The notes below the pieces were generated by a model, which saw only the letters and a list, made by a program, of their open reading frames with translations, searched no databases and was not told the DNA's origin. A program made the translations under genes and the position numbers. Positions 7,624-18,219 of a stretch of 39,862 nt of DNA are shown here, in pieces. Each line of letters starts with the position of its first letter. Position 1 is the first letter of the stretch. This DNA is from Flavobacteriales bacterium (GTDB lineage: Bacteria; Bacteroidota; Bacteroidia; Flavobacteriales; Flavobacteriaceae): positions 1 to 39,862 of the forward strand of contig SGZC01000001.1 of NCBI GenBank assembly GCA_004213605.1, given 5' to 3'.

Positions 7624-10311
7624 TTGCAAACTTTTAGGCATTTTATAAGAACAACTTTCATGCTAGTTTTGTTGTGTCATAGTCCTATTTATTCTCAAGA
7701 CCTGCCTACTAAAAAGGAAACCATTATTCCTCTAAAAAATGTAGATACAATCGCTACAAGAAATGTATTGGTAAAGCCCGAATTAAATCAAATTGAATTA
7801 GATACCGTAAAAATTGATAGTGTAAAATCCGAAGATGAATTTTTAACGGGTATTATTGACTATTATGGCGATGATTATGTGTACCTAGACAAAAAAGAAA
7901 ATAAGGTATATATGTACAATAATGCTTATATAACCTATGAAGATATGCGCATTGAATCCGGGTATATCATCCTAGACTACAATAAAAACGAAATTTATGC
8001 AAAGGGAATTGATAGTGCTGGTATATATTCGCAGACACCCATATTTACTCAAACCAATACTAAAGTGATTCCAGATTCCATTCGATTTAATATGGATACC
8101 AAAAAGGCATTAATTTACAACTCAAGGTCTGGTCAAGACGAAATTAATTATAAGGCGGAAGTTGCAAAGAAAGTAAATGACTCCGTCTATTATTTGCAAA
8201 ATATTAAATTCACTACTGCAAAAGATATCGATAATCCTGAATATTACTTTTATACTCGAAAAGCAAAAGTAGTTCCAGATAAAAAAATCGTTACTGGTTT
8301 TACAAACATGTATATTGCGGATGTGCCCCTCCCTTTGGGCTTACCCTTTGCTTTTTTTCCACTTACCAAAAATAGAACCTCTGGATTTATTATTCCGAGT
8401 TTTGGTGATAATAGAAATCGTGGTTTTTTTCTTCAAAATGGGGGTTATTATTTTGCTTTAAGTGATTATGTAGACTTAACAGTATTGGGTGATTATTATA
8501 CCAACGGTAGTTATGCGTTGCGCGCAGAATCTTCGTATGCCCTCCGTTATAAATTTAAAGGAAACGTTAGTTTTCGATATGAAAAGTTAATTAATGGTGA
8601 TCGTGGGTTTGATGATTTTAACGAAAGTGCTATCTATAATATCCGATGGAGTCACAATCAAGATGCAAAATCGAATCCAAGTTCTCGTTTTTCTGCATCA
8701 GTCAATCTTGGTAGTAGTCAGTATTTCAATGAATCAATCAATCAAACCAATAATGCCAGTTCTTTGGTGAATACGCTAAGTTCCTCTATTTCCTATTCTA
8801 AAACTTTTGAGACGGTTCCACAGATAAATTTTTCAATTGCGGGGACACATTCTCAAAATACCAATACAGAAGAAATAAACATGTCGCTGCCAAATTTAAA
8901 TGCAAGTGTTGCCAGAATATTTCCATTTGAACCAAAAGTTGGTACTAAAAAAGGTATAATTGAAAACATAAACTTTCAATATAATTTAACTGCTGAAAAT
9001 AGAATTAAGACCAATGATACAGAGTTTTTTACTTCTAAAATGTTTGAAGATGCTAAGATCGGTACCAGGCACAGTATCCCTATAAGTACCAATTTTAAAG
9101 TACTAAAATACATAAGTTCTTCTTTGAGTACTACCTATCAAGAGACTTGGGTCTTTGATACTGTAAAAAAGGAATATGATCCGAGCTTAAACAATAACGA
9201 AGGTGGAGTTGTTAATGATACCATTCGTGGTTTTGATAGCTATAGAACCTATAACTTTTCTGCAAATTTAGGAACCACCATGTATGGAATGTTCAATTTT
9301 GGAAGAGGTAAAAAAATTGAGGCTATCAGGCATGTGTTTAGACCATCAGTTAGTTATAACATTAATCCATCGTACGAACAATATTATGACTCTTATCAAA
9401 ATCCGAATGCGCTTGATGAAAACATTGAGTATTCACCCTTTGAACAATCGTTATATGGAGCCCCTTCTAAAGTGAGGTCTAGTAATGTTGGTATAACTTT
9501 GAGCAACACTTTTGAAGCAAAAGTGCGAGACCAGGATACAACAGCAGTTAAACCAAAAAAAATAATGCTTCTTAATAATTTAAATTTTAATACGGCCTAT
9601 AATATATTGGGAGATTCTTTGAACTGGAATCCTATTCGTTTTTCAGGAAGTATTCCCATAATTAAAAAATTAGATTTAAATTTTAATGGTATCCTAGACC
9701 CTTATGCTTTGGATAATAACAATCAAAGAATTGACGAATTCAATATTAACAATGGCGGTAGTCTTTTTAGACTTACCAATGGGAATATTAGTTTTAATTA
9801 CAATTTTTCTAGCGCTGATTTTAAGGGAAAAGAAAAGGATGACTTTGAAACGGAAACCTTTAAAAATGGAGGAAGACCTGATGATTTGTTTGGGAATTCA
9901 ACCCCCATAAATGACCGGAGTAAATTTGATGTTGACTCAGACAATACCGGTTCTGATTATAATTGGTATAATTATTCAATCCCTTGGGATTTAAGACTTG
10001 CTTATACGATGACTTATCAAAATACTGCCAGACAAAATGAAATCACCTCTCAATCGATTATGATAAGTTCCAACATTGAATTTTCACCAAAATGGAAAGT
10101 AGGAGTTTCATCGGGGTATGATTTTAAAAATAATGGGATTACGTTAACACAGTTAAGGTTTCAACGCGATTTAGAAAGTTGGAGGTTAAGTTTTAATTGG
10201 ACACCTATTGGAAGTATCAATACGTCCTGGTACATGTTTATTGGGATTAAGTCATCTCTACTAAGTGATATTAAATATGAAAAACGGAGAGAACCGGATA
10301 AACGATTATAA
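7624..10311 (+). CDS. lptD: Putative LPS assembly protein LptD (Bacteroidota type)
   Basis: 895 aa with signal peptide, N-terminal jellyroll-like region, PLPLGLPFAFFP, GFFLQNGGYYFA and many amphipathic beta strands. Confidence 0.8.
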   Translation: MQTFRHFIRTTFMLVLLCHSPIYSQDLPTKKETIIPLKNVDTIATRNVLVKPELNQIELDTVKIDSVKSEDEFLTGIIDYYGDDYVYLDKKENKVYMYNNAYITYEDMRIESGYIILDYNKNEIYAKGIDSAGIYSQTPIFTQTNTKVIPDSIRFNMDTKKALIYNSRSGQDEINYKAEVAKKVNDSVYYLQNIKFTTAKDIDNPEYYFYTRKAKVVPDKKIVTGFTNMYIADVPLPLGLPFAFFPLTKNRTSGFIIPSFGDNRNRGFFLQNGGYYFALSDYVDLTVLGDYYTNGSYALRAESSYALRYKFKGNVSFRYEKLINGDRGFDDFNESAIYNIRWSHNQDAKSNPSSRFSASVNLGSSQYFNESINQTNNASSLVNTLSSSISYSKTFETVPQINFSIAGTHSQNTNTEEINMSLPNLNASVARIFPFEPKVGTKKGIIENINFQYNLTAENRIKTNDTEFFTSKMFEDAKIGTRHSIPISTNFKVLKYISSSLSTTYQETWVFDTVKKEYDPSLNNNEGGVVNDTIRGFDSYRTYNFSANLGTTMYGMFNFGRGKKIEAIRHVFRPSVSYNINPSYEQYYDSYQNPNALDENIEYSPFEQSLYGAPSKVRSSNVGITLSNTFEAKVRDQDTTAVKPKKIMLLNNLNFNTAYNILGDSLNWNPIRFSGSIPIIKKLDLNFNGILDPYALDNNNQRIDEFNINNGGSLFRLTNGNISFNYNFSSADFKGKEKDDFETETFKNGGRPDDLFGNSTPINDRSKFDVDSDNTGSDYNWYNYSIPWDLRLAYTMTYQNTARQNEITSQSIMISSNIEFSPKWKVGVSSGYDFKNNGITLTQLRFQRDLESWRLSFNWTPIGSINTSWYMFIGIKSSLLSDIKYEKRREPDKRL

Positions 10312-10326
10312 CTAAGATAACTACAG

Positions 10327-10707
10327 ATGAAAAAAATTATACTTACAAAAAATGCTCCCTCGGCTATAGGCCCTTACAATCAAGCGGTTTTAAACGACAA
10401 TATTTTATACACTTCAGGGCAAATTGCTATTGATCCGGTTAACGGTAATTTAATTACTGCTGATATCAGAAAAGAAACTAAACAAGTCATGGAGAATTTG
10501 AAAGCATTGCTTGAAGTCGTAGAAATGGATTTTTCAAATGTATTAAAAGCTACCATTTTTATAAGTGATATGGATAATTACTCAATTATTAATGAAATTT
10601 ACGCTTCTTACTTTGAAGAAAAAAGCGCACCTGCAAGAGAGACTGTTGAAGTTTCAAGACTGCCAAAATCGGTCCGTATTGAAATATCGATGATTGCAGC
10701 ACTTTAA
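10327..10707 (+). CDS. ridA: RidA/YjgF family enamine/imine deaminase
   Basis: APSAIGPYNQA, YTSGQI, PARETVEV..LP, IEI. Confidence 0.9.
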   Translation: MKKIILTKNAPSAIGPYNQAVLNDNILYTSGQIAIDPVNGNLITADIRKETKQVMENLKALLEVVEMDFSNVLKATIFISDMDNYSIINEIYASYFEEKSAPARETVEVSRLPKSVRIEISMIAAL

Positions 10708-10828
10708 GATTATTGAGATAAAAAACAGATTGAAGTTTCATATATTTATTGAAACATGTGTTGCGTTTTTTTTTATCAAATAATTTAATTTTCAGAGAAA
10801 TGGTTTTTCTTTAAACAGAGATAAAAGT

Positions 10829-13800
10829 TTAATTGGATTGATTTAATTCCTCATCCGGCACCAATTCGACTTGGACTCCAAATATTTTATCCATCAAATT
10901 TTTAATGGTGTCAAAATCAACTTGATAAGAAACGCCTGTTCCTTGTTCGAAAGTTTGATCCTCACCAATAAATTGTAATTCAGCTTGTCTATTAAAGAAA
11001 TTGATACGTAAACTACCATCTTCATTTACTAACCACTGTACATCCACATCACCTGCAACACGTGATTCATTAATTTTTCCGACAGGAATACCAACTTTTC
11101 CATTGACTACAATACGCTCACTTATCTGAGATGAAAATTGAACTCCAAACTCATCTTGAGTTTCAATTTCTTTGGTGTCAATTCCCATATCATAATACGG
11201 AGCAATATTAATAACAGCATCATCGTCTGTAAGTATTTCTGCTAGTATCGCATTCACTCCATCTGTAACTGTTCCCGTTATTGCACTTTGACCTGCAGTT
11301 TCACTGATAAATGAACCCGTAGTTAATAAAAATAATGCTTGTTTTTCTCGTTCTTCTTGTGTTTGTAGCTTATATTCTAATTCACTTCTGACCGTTGAAC
11401 TAACCTCTGGAAAATCAATATCAAAAAGTAATTCTGGGCGGGTTATTTTTTCTGTTAAGTCAATGTAAACATCTACTGGAATTTTTCTATTAATGGTGGG
11501 GTCATCTAATAATGCAGATGGGTTTGCTTTACTTTTATAGATAGCTTTAAGGTTTAAATTGGCATTGCTGGCGAGACCGTCCCAAGTAATAGTACCTCCT
11601 TTTTCTACCTCAATTTCTTTACGAATAATTTTGCCATACCTAAAATCATAAATTCCTTCATAAACAATAAAGTCGCCCCACATGTTAAATTTACCAAGAG
11701 TATTAATCTCTATTAAAAGTGTTCCTGCCCCTCTTCCTCTTAGGGCAGATTTCGTTTCCTGATCAATGACGATTTCTACTTCAGCATTTTTATTAATGTC
11801 TAACTCAAAATTTAGAGAGAGACCTTTTAAATCGTCTGTAATTATTGATTCACCTCGAAGTTTTGCTTCTTTTTCTTTTGGTGAAAGAAACTTAATAAAC
11901 GAATCGTCCCCGATGGATTCCGTTTCACTCAAAGGAATTTTAAATTCGGTATTTTCTTGAGTAGTTGCTAATACATCAATGTTCAATTCATTTATGGGGC
12001 CATAAATATGAGTATTGCCACTTATAAAAGCGGTACCATAGTAGAGCTGATTGTCTTTTTTTGGAGTATCTAAAACCAATAAATTATTGGAGTCAATCTT
12101 TAAATCTAATTTCCAATTTCTAAAATTTTTATGAGTTGCAAGTCCTGAAAGGGTACCGTTCGTAAAATACTTGGAATCGGTCATCGTAGTATTTTCTATT
12201 TCTAATTTTTCCTCAGTGACTATTAGATGGGCAATTTTGTCAAGTGTGTAATCGATATTTAGATAAGGAACATTTAATCCGCCATTAACAATCTTAAAAC
12301 TTCCATCGATATCAGGAGAATCTAGATTGCCAGAAAGTTTTCCATTTCCAGATAAATTACCCCGTATGTCCTTGATTATATTTCCACCAAAAGGGCTTAT
12401 TGTATTTAAGTTAAACTCATTTAATTCTAAATTTAACTGTACCAGAGCGTTCTCGGTTTTAGTATCGATGTATCCGGTAGCATTTAAAGATTTACTATTA
12501 TTATGAGTTAAGGTCGTAATTAAGTCGTAACGAGTTAATTCGCTGTTTCCTTCAATCGCAATAATCATATCGCCTAGAGGTGTTTTATTAAAATCTATAG
12601 CATCTACGGTAATATTAGAAGTAGGATAATAAAGCCCTTTCTTTTGGACTACATTAAGATTTCCATTAATAATACCTTTCAAGGTTAAGCTATCTACTTT
12701 CGGAACTAATTTCCCGATATCTACATTATTAAAACTAACTTTTAAATTTTTATAGGTACTATCATTGGTAGAACCAGCAAATTTTATAAACTCATTTTTA
12801 TTATTTAAAACAATAGAATCGAACTTAATGGCATTAAATTCTTCATCAAAAATAATTTTATTTTTTTTATCATTTTTTTCGTTTAGAAACCACGTGTTTC
12901 CATTAAAGTTGATAGCCGATTTTTTTACGCCAACCACCGAATTATTATCCTTATTAATGGTATGGTACAATGATAAGTTGAATTGATCTTTATTTTTTCC
13001 TCCTTTAAAATTAGAGTGAACGTAAAGGGTGTCATTGATCGTCTTATTAATAAAATTAAAATCTTTTAAATTGTAGAGGCCGTTGTTGATAGTATCTACA
13101 GAAATATAGGTGTTGTATAGTGGGTTGTGATTGTTGACATTAAATTTTACATCCCCTAAATAATTATCAAAAAGCATGATTTCTGGCGATGCAAAATCAA
13201 ATTTTAATTTAGATTCATTTGAATATACGGTACCCTTAATTCTTGTATTTTCACCAAATTGAAGATCCGGAATAAATATTTCAACAAGTTTATTATAAAT
13301 TTCAAAATCAAAATCTAAAAATTGATCTTTAGATATACTTTGTGGCTTATAATTGGTATAAATACTCCCAACTCCATTTAAGAACAAGGTGGGGATCTCT
13401 TCTATTAAAAACTCCCCTTTAATACTACCCATCATAATATCAGGTGAGTTGATATTAATGATTCGTTTTAATTCTTCCTGTGTGGAGGTAATTTTAAAAT
13501 TATCAAAATAAAAATTGTCTTTTTCATTTTGATAAAAAGTTTCTTTAAAGGCAATGGTTCCAAAAACAGTATTTAAATCATTCCCGTTCATTTCCATATC
13601 GACCTTTCCAGCAAATATGGATACACTATCCCTCTTAAAAATATTTAGTTGATTTAATTCAGCATAATCAACAGTTGCATTAAAATCAAATCGATTTAAC
13701 TCTTCAGAGATATCCACCAATCCACTAAAGTCAAATTTTAAATTTGGATCATCTATAATCAAGATACCATCAAACAGCGGGTTTTTAAAGTTTCCAGAGA

Positions 13801-15205
13801 GTGTTATGTTCTGATAGTTATAGTCTTCAAAAATAAAGGAGTTGATCATCCCCTTAACTCTTGTGTTTAATGATTTTTTTGTAAAGCCTACCCCCTCAAT
13901 TTCAAGAGTTGCCGTTATGGTTCCTAATCGTTCTGTTTTTCCGAATTTCCCTAAATCAAAATTGTTAAAATTAATTTCTCCAAAATAAGATGCCTTTTCA
14001 CTATTGTTTAATGCATCGATTTTAATTTTTGTTTGCGCTGTTCCCAAAGAACTAACTAGATTGCTAGACGATATAAGTGAGGACTTTGTAATAGTGGTAT
14101 TGCCTATAAAATTAATATTTCCTAAATAATCCACCTCTTTTGGGAGCACCCTATTTATAATTCTAGGCATCAATTGAGCTAGGGATTTGTAGTCCGTAAC
14201 AATGGAATGATTGGACGCATCAATAATATACTCTTTATTTTTTTTAAATAAATTTTTAAAATTATAAATTCCTTTAACTCGAATATTATTGGAAGTAATT
14301 AAACCATTTGAAAATATAAAATCATTTAAGGTGCCATCAACATCACCATTGAGAGTAATCATTTGATTTTTTCCAAATTCGTTAAAGAAAGAATTTAAAT
14401 CGTTGGTTCCAATTTTTGTTTCATAAAAATTAAAATCAAGAGTAGCTTTGTTAAGAAAGTCTGAAAGCCCCCCCTTTTTATAATTCACTGAAAAATCACC
14501 CGATATAAACGATTCTTGAGATGTTAATTTAAGTGAATTGAGCTGGATGGACGTTGGTGTATAAGAGAAATCACCTTCCATATTTTTAATTTCAAAACCT
14601 CTTTTATCAAGTAATGATAGCTGGTTTACTTCTAGTTTTACAGTTGGACCTATAAGGCTGAAGTTGTATGTATCGATCGTTACTTTTGATAAATTAAAAA
14701 TTTCACTAGTACTAAAATTATCATTTGTTATTTTTACATTACCCTTATTTAAGGTGATATGGTCGGCATTTAATCTAAAGGAACTCTTTTTTATTAAAGT
14801 ATCGGTTACAAACAGTTTTGCAAAAATAGATATGTTATCTAATCGTTCATTTTGGTACGTTTTTAGGTAAAATTTAGGTTCATACAATTCTATAAAGCCA
14901 AAATCCAACTTCCCGTTTGCTAAATGTGTTACACTCAATAAATTAGTGACCAATTTTTTAGAATAAATAAGCGTATCTTGATGATGATCTTCAATATAAA
15001 GATCTCTAATGTCGATTTCTCCTTTCCAATTTAAGCCAAGGCGATCGATATGAATGCTCGTTCCATAATTTTGATTTAACTTTTGGGTTACCTTATTGGC
15101 AATATAGGTTTGGACCACAGAAGTTGATAAGATCATCAAAATAAAAGCAGATAAAAATAAAATTATCGCTAAAGTTCTTTTTATTATTTTTTTCAGTTTT
15201 TTGAT
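10829..15205 (-). CDS. tamB: Translocation/assembly module TamB-family protein (start uncertain; ORF track uses TTG 15139)
   Basis: >1430 aa, beta-rich, with a DUF490-like C-terminus (LRGRGAG..., GDVDVQWL..DGSLR). The frame stays open upstream to a TAA at 15212-15214 and adds a basic N-terminus and a complete signal anchor. Confidence 0.85.
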   Translation of the reverse strand: MKKLKKIIKRTLAIILFLSAFILMILSTSVVQTYIANKVTQKLNQNYGTSIHIDRLGLNWKGEIDIRDLYIEDHHQDTLIYSKKLVTNLLSVTHLANGKLDFGFIELYEPKFYLKTYQNERLDNISIFAKLFVTDTLIKKSSFRLNADHITLNKGNVKITNDNFSTSEIFNLSKVTIDTYNFSLIGPTVKLEVNQLSLLDKRGFEIKNMEGDFSYTPTSIQLNSLKLTSQESFISGDFSVNYKKGGLSDFLNKATLDFNFYETKIGTNDLNSFFNEFGKNQMITLNGDVDGTLNDFIFSNGLITSNNIRVKGIYNFKNLFKKNKEYIIDASNHSIVTDYKSLAQLMPRIINRVLPKEVDYLGNINFIGNTTITKSSLISSSNLVSSLGTAQTKIKIDALNNSEKASYFGEINFNNFDLGKFGKTERLGTITATLEIEGVGFTKKSLNTRVKGMINSFIFEDYNYQNITLSGNFKNPLFDGILIIDDPNLKFDFSGLVDISEELNRFDFNATVDYAELNQLNIFKRDSVSIFAGKVDMEMNGNDLNTVFGTIAFKETFYQNEKDNFYFDNFKITSTQEELKRIININSPDIMMGSIKGEFLIEEIPTLFLNGVGSIYTNYKPQSISKDQFLDFDFEIYNKLVEIFIPDLQFGENTRIKGTVYSNESKLKFDFASPEIMLFDNYLGDVKFNVNNHNPLYNTYISVDTINNGLYNLKDFNFINKTINDTLYVHSNFKGGKNKDQFNLSLYHTINKDNNSVVGVKKSAINFNGNTWFLNEKNDKKNKIIFDEEFNAIKFDSIVLNNKNEFIKFAGSTNDSTYKNLKVSFNNVDIGKLVPKVDSLTLKGIINGNLNVVQKKGLYYPTSNITVDAIDFNKTPLGDMIIAIEGNSELTRYDLITTLTHNNSKSLNATGYIDTKTENALVQLNLELNEFNLNTISPFGGNIIKDIRGNLSGNGKLSGNLDSPDIDGSFKIVNGGLNVPYLNIDYTLDKIAHLIVTEEKLEIENTTMTDSKYFTNGTLSGLATHKNFRNWKLDLKIDSNNLLVLDTPKKDNQLYYGTAFISGNTHIYGPINELNIDVLATTQENTEFKIPLSETESIGDDSFIKFLSPKEKEAKLRGESIITDDLKGLSLNFELDINKNAEVEIVIDQETKSALRGRGAGTLLIEINTLGKFNMWGDFIVYEGIYDFRYGKIIRKEIEVEKGGTITWDGLASNANLNLKAIYKSKANPSALLDDPTINRKIPVDVYIDLTEKITRPELLFDIDFPEVSSTVRSELEYKLQTQEEREKQALFLLTTGSFISETAGQSAITGTVTDGVNAILAEILTDDDAVINIAPYYDMGIDTKEIETQDEFGVQFSSQISERIVVNGKVGIPVGKINESRVAGDVDVQWLVNEDGSLRINFFNRQAELQFIGEDQTFEQGTGVSYQVDFDTIKNLMDKIFGVQVELVPDEELNQSN

Positions 15206-15253
15206 ACGGTCTTAATGTTTTATTTTTACACCTAATAAATAGGTTATTTTAAA

Positions 15254-16276
15254 TTGACACCGAAACAAACATACATTTTAGGTATCGAATCTTCTTGTGA
15301 TGATACGGCAGCAGCTGTCATTAAAAACGGCAGAATACTATCGAATGTGGTTGCTACCCAAAATATTCATAAAGAATATGGGGGTGTCGTTCCTGAACTT
15401 GCTTCAAGAGCCCATCAACAAAACATCGTACCGGTCGTTCAACTTGCTTTGCAAAGAGCAAATATCGACAAAAAACAATTAAATGCCATAGCTTTTACTA
15501 GAGGTCCTGGATTAATGGGTTCATTATTGGTAGGAACCTCATTTTCAAAATCTTTAGCGATGGGTTTGGACCTGCCTCTTATTGAGGTAAACCATATGCA
15601 AGCACATATATTGGCACATTTTATAAAAAGCAAGGAGCAATCGATTCCTTCCTTTCCATTTTTAGCAATGACCATAAGTGGTGGGCATACTCAGATTGTG
15701 AAAGTGACTAATTATTTTGAGATGGAAGTAATTGGTCAAACCTTAGACGATGCTATTGGAGAAGCTTTTGATAAAAGCGCAAAGCTTTTAGGTCTTCCCT
15801 ATCCTGGCGGTCCTTTAATCGATCAAAATGCGCGTTTAGGAAATCCAAAGGCATTTCATTTTCCAAAACCAAAAGTTGGTCCACTGGATTTTAGTTTTAG
15901 TGGATTAAAAACAGCTGTTTTGTATTTTATTGAAAAAAAATCTAAAGATCATCCTAATTTTGTAAAAGAAAACCTCAATGATATTTGTGCAAGTTTACAA
16001 TTTACAATTGTTGATTATTTAATGGACAAAATAAAGAATGCTGTTAAAGAGACCCATATAAAAACAATTGCAATTGGTGGGGGTGTCTCAGCTAATTCTG
16101 GAATTCGAAAAGCCCTCCAAGACACCGAAACTTCTTTGGGTTGGAAAGTGCATATCCCTAAATTTGAATATTGTACTGACAATGCTGCAATGATAGCTAT
16201 TGTCGGTGAATTAAAATACCAACAACAACTATTTGCGAGTAATGATGTAGTTGCAAAACCTAGAATGAAATATTAA
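15254..16276 (+). CDS. tsaD: tRNA N6-adenosine threonylcarbamoyltransferase TsaD
   Basis: ILGIESSCDDT, GGVVPELASRAH, HMQAH, SGGHTQ, DDAIGEAFDK, DFSFSGLKT, CTDNAAMIA. Confidence 0.97.
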   Translation: MTPKQTYILGIESSCDDTAAAVIKNGRILSNVVATQNIHKEYGGVVPELASRAHQQNIVPVVQLALQRANIDKKQLNAIAFTRGPGLMGSLLVGTSFSKSLAMGLDLPLIEVNHMQAHILAHFIKSKEQSIPSFPFLAMTISGGHTQIVKVTNYFEMEVIGQTLDDAIGEAFDKSAKLLGLPYPGGPLIDQNARLGNPKAFHFPKPKVGPLDFSFSGLKTAVLYFIEKKSKDHPNFVKENLNDICASLQFTIVDYLMDKIKNAVKETHIKTIAIGGGVSANSGIRKALQDTETSLGWKVHIPKFEYCTDNAAMIAIVGELKYQQQLFASNDVVAKPRMKY

Positions 16277-16280
16277 AACG

Positions 16281-16997
16281 ATGCAACTGTTCTTTAATCC
16301 GTCCATAAATTCCAACACGAAAGAATTTACTTTCGATAAAAGCGAAAGCAAGCATATTGCCAAAGTTTTAAGAAAATCTGAAGGAGATTTACTGAACATC
16401 ACTAATGGGAAAGGTGTTTTTTTTGAAGTACTCATTTTAGACTCCAATCCAAAAAAATGCATGGGTAAAATTATTACCGAAACCCCTGGTGATCAATTAA
16501 TGTATACGCTCCATTTGGCTGTTGCTCCAACAAAACTGAATGACCGGTATGAATGGTTTTTAGAGAAAGCTACAGAAATTGGAATTACAGAAATTACGCC
16601 TATACTATGTGATCATAGCGAACGAAAAATCATAAAATTAGAACGTTTTGAAAAGAAAATCCAAAGCGCTATGAAGCAATCGTTGAAGGCGTATTTGCCA
16701 AAATTAAATAAGGCAACTACTTTCAATGATTTTTTAAAATTACAGAAAAAAAACCCACAGCAAAAACTGATTGCCCATTGTGAGGAAACCACCAAACAAT
16801 CGCTTAAAAGTGTTCTAAAAAAAAGAGCACATACCACGATTCTTATCGGACCAGAAGGTGATTTTTCAATAGATGAAATTAATAAATCAATTGGTGCGGG
16901 CTTTATTCCTGTTAGCCTAGGTAAAAGTAGGCTTCGAACTGAGACCGCTGCAGTAGTTGTCTGCCATAGTGTTTCATTTATCAATGAAAATGATTGA
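16281..16997 (+). CDS. rsmE: 16S rRNA m3U1498 methyltransferase RsmE
   Basis: H..KVLR, EKATEIG, IGPEGDF, LG.SRLRTETA. Confidence 0.95.
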   Translation: MQLFFNPSINSNTKEFTFDKSESKHIAKVLRKSEGDLLNITNGKGVFFEVLILDSNPKKCMGKIITETPGDQLMYTLHLAVAPTKLNDRYEWFLEKATEIGITEITPILCDHSERKIIKLERFEKKIQSAMKQSLKAYLPKLNKATTFNDFLKLQKKNPQQKLIAHCEETTKQSLKSVLKKRAHTTILIGPEGDFSIDEINKSIGAGFIPVSLGKSRLRTETAAVVVCHSVSFINEND

Positions 16998-17053
16998 TGT
17001 TTTATTGGACTGAATCCCCCTGAAACTTATGCAGAAGTTGTATTTTTGAATTT

Positions 17054-17698
17054 ATGTTTTACAAACCACTAATAGGGCTATTATTTTTTTTATCCATGCG
17101 ATTATTATCACAGGACATCGCTGTAATTCAATATGGTGGAGGTGGCGATTGGTACAGTAATCCTACTGCATTACCAAACCTAATTACTTTTTGTAATGAC
17201 CATATTAACACCACAATCAGCAAAAAACCCAAAGTAGTTCAACCTAATAGTTTAGATTTGTTTGATTACCCTTTTGTTCATATGACGGGGCATGGCAATG
17301 TTTTTTTTACCGATGAAGATGCTGATAATTTAAGAAATTACCTATTAAGCGGTGGTTTTTTGCATATTGACGATAATTATGGAATGGATCCTTATTTAAG
17401 AAAAGAGTTAGTAAAAATATTTCCCAATAAAAAACTAATCGAACTCTCCAAAGACCATTCGCTATTTAAACAGCCCTATCCTTTCGCGCTTGGTTTGCCA
17501 AAAATTCACGAACACAATAGAAATAAACCACAAGCTTTTGCGATTTATGTTGAAGAGCGAATAGTTTTACTTTATACCTTTGAGAGTGATTTGGGAGATG
17601 GTTGGGAAAACTCAGAAGTTCATAACGATCCTCCAGAAATAAGATTAAAAGCCTTGCAAATGGGAGCCAATATCATCAATTATGTATTTTTGAATTAA
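17054..17698 (+). CDS. DUF4159-family exported protein
   Basis: Signal peptide; YGGGGDWY, YPFVHMTGHG, GGFLHIDDNYG, ESDLGDGWE. Confidence 0.75.
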   Translation: MFYKPLIGLLFFLSMRLLSQDIAVIQYGGGGDWYSNPTALPNLITFCNDHINTTISKKPKVVQPNSLDLFDYPFVHMTGHGNVFFTDEDADNLRNYLLSGGFLHIDDNYGMDPYLRKELVKIFPNKKLIELSKDHSLFKQPYPFALGLPKIHEHNRNKPQAFAIYVEERIVLLYTFESDLGDGWENSEVHNDPPEIRLKALQMGANIINYVFLN

Positions 17699-18219
17699 TG
17701 AATACACAATTATCCCATAAAGAGACCAAAAAAAAACAACTAGAACATCCACTGATTTTAGTTTCAGATGGCCTACAGAGCCCGGCAAATATAGGTGCTA
17801 TATTTCGTGTTTGTGAAGCATTTGGGATAGAAAAGATGTACCTGTGCAATACGGATGTTAATTTTGATTCTCCTCGATTAAAAAAAACAGCAAGAAATAC
17901 ACAAAAGTTAGTCCCTTTTTCAGTAACGACCAATGCCTTAGCGACTGTAAAAGATTTAAAACAAATGGGGTATACTATTATCTCCATAGAAATCACGCGT
18001 ACAAGTGAACCTCTTCACTCCTTAGAGGTGAATACTTTTCATAAAATTGCAGTTGTTGTAGGAAATGAGCAAGATGGGGTTTCAGCAGATGTTTTAAATT
18101 TTAGTGATATTTGCACGCACATCCAAATGTATGGAACTAACAGCAGCATGAACGTAGCCCAGGCTGCATCCATCGCATTAAACACTCTTATTCATAAAAT
18201 TAATACTATCAAAACATGA
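17698..18219 (+). CDS. TrmH/SpoU-family RNA 2'-O-methyltransferase
   Basis: P.NIGAIFR, VVGNEQDGVS, I.MYG.NSSMNVAQA. Confidence 0.9.
   Translation: MNTQLSHKETKKKQLEHPLILVSDGLQSPANIGAIFRVCEAFGIEKMYLCNTDVNFDSPRLKKTARNTQKLVPFSVTTNALATVKDLKQMGYTIISIEITRTSEPLHSLEVNTFHKIAVVVGNEQDGVSADVLNFSDICTHIQMYGTNSSMNVAQAASIALNTLIHKINTIKT

Noticed and set aside
10717-10777. Imperfect inverted repeat between convergent ridA and tamB (GATAAAAAA...GTTTCA/TGAAAC...TTTTTTATC)
   Set aside because: The stem is weak, interrupted and AT-rich. It could act as a terminator but I cannot support that.
4113-17996. Short ORFs nested in or antisense to the Fe-S, lptD, tamB, tsaD, rsmE and TrmH-like genes
   Set aside because: They overlap well-supported genes almost entirely and have no recognisable motifs.
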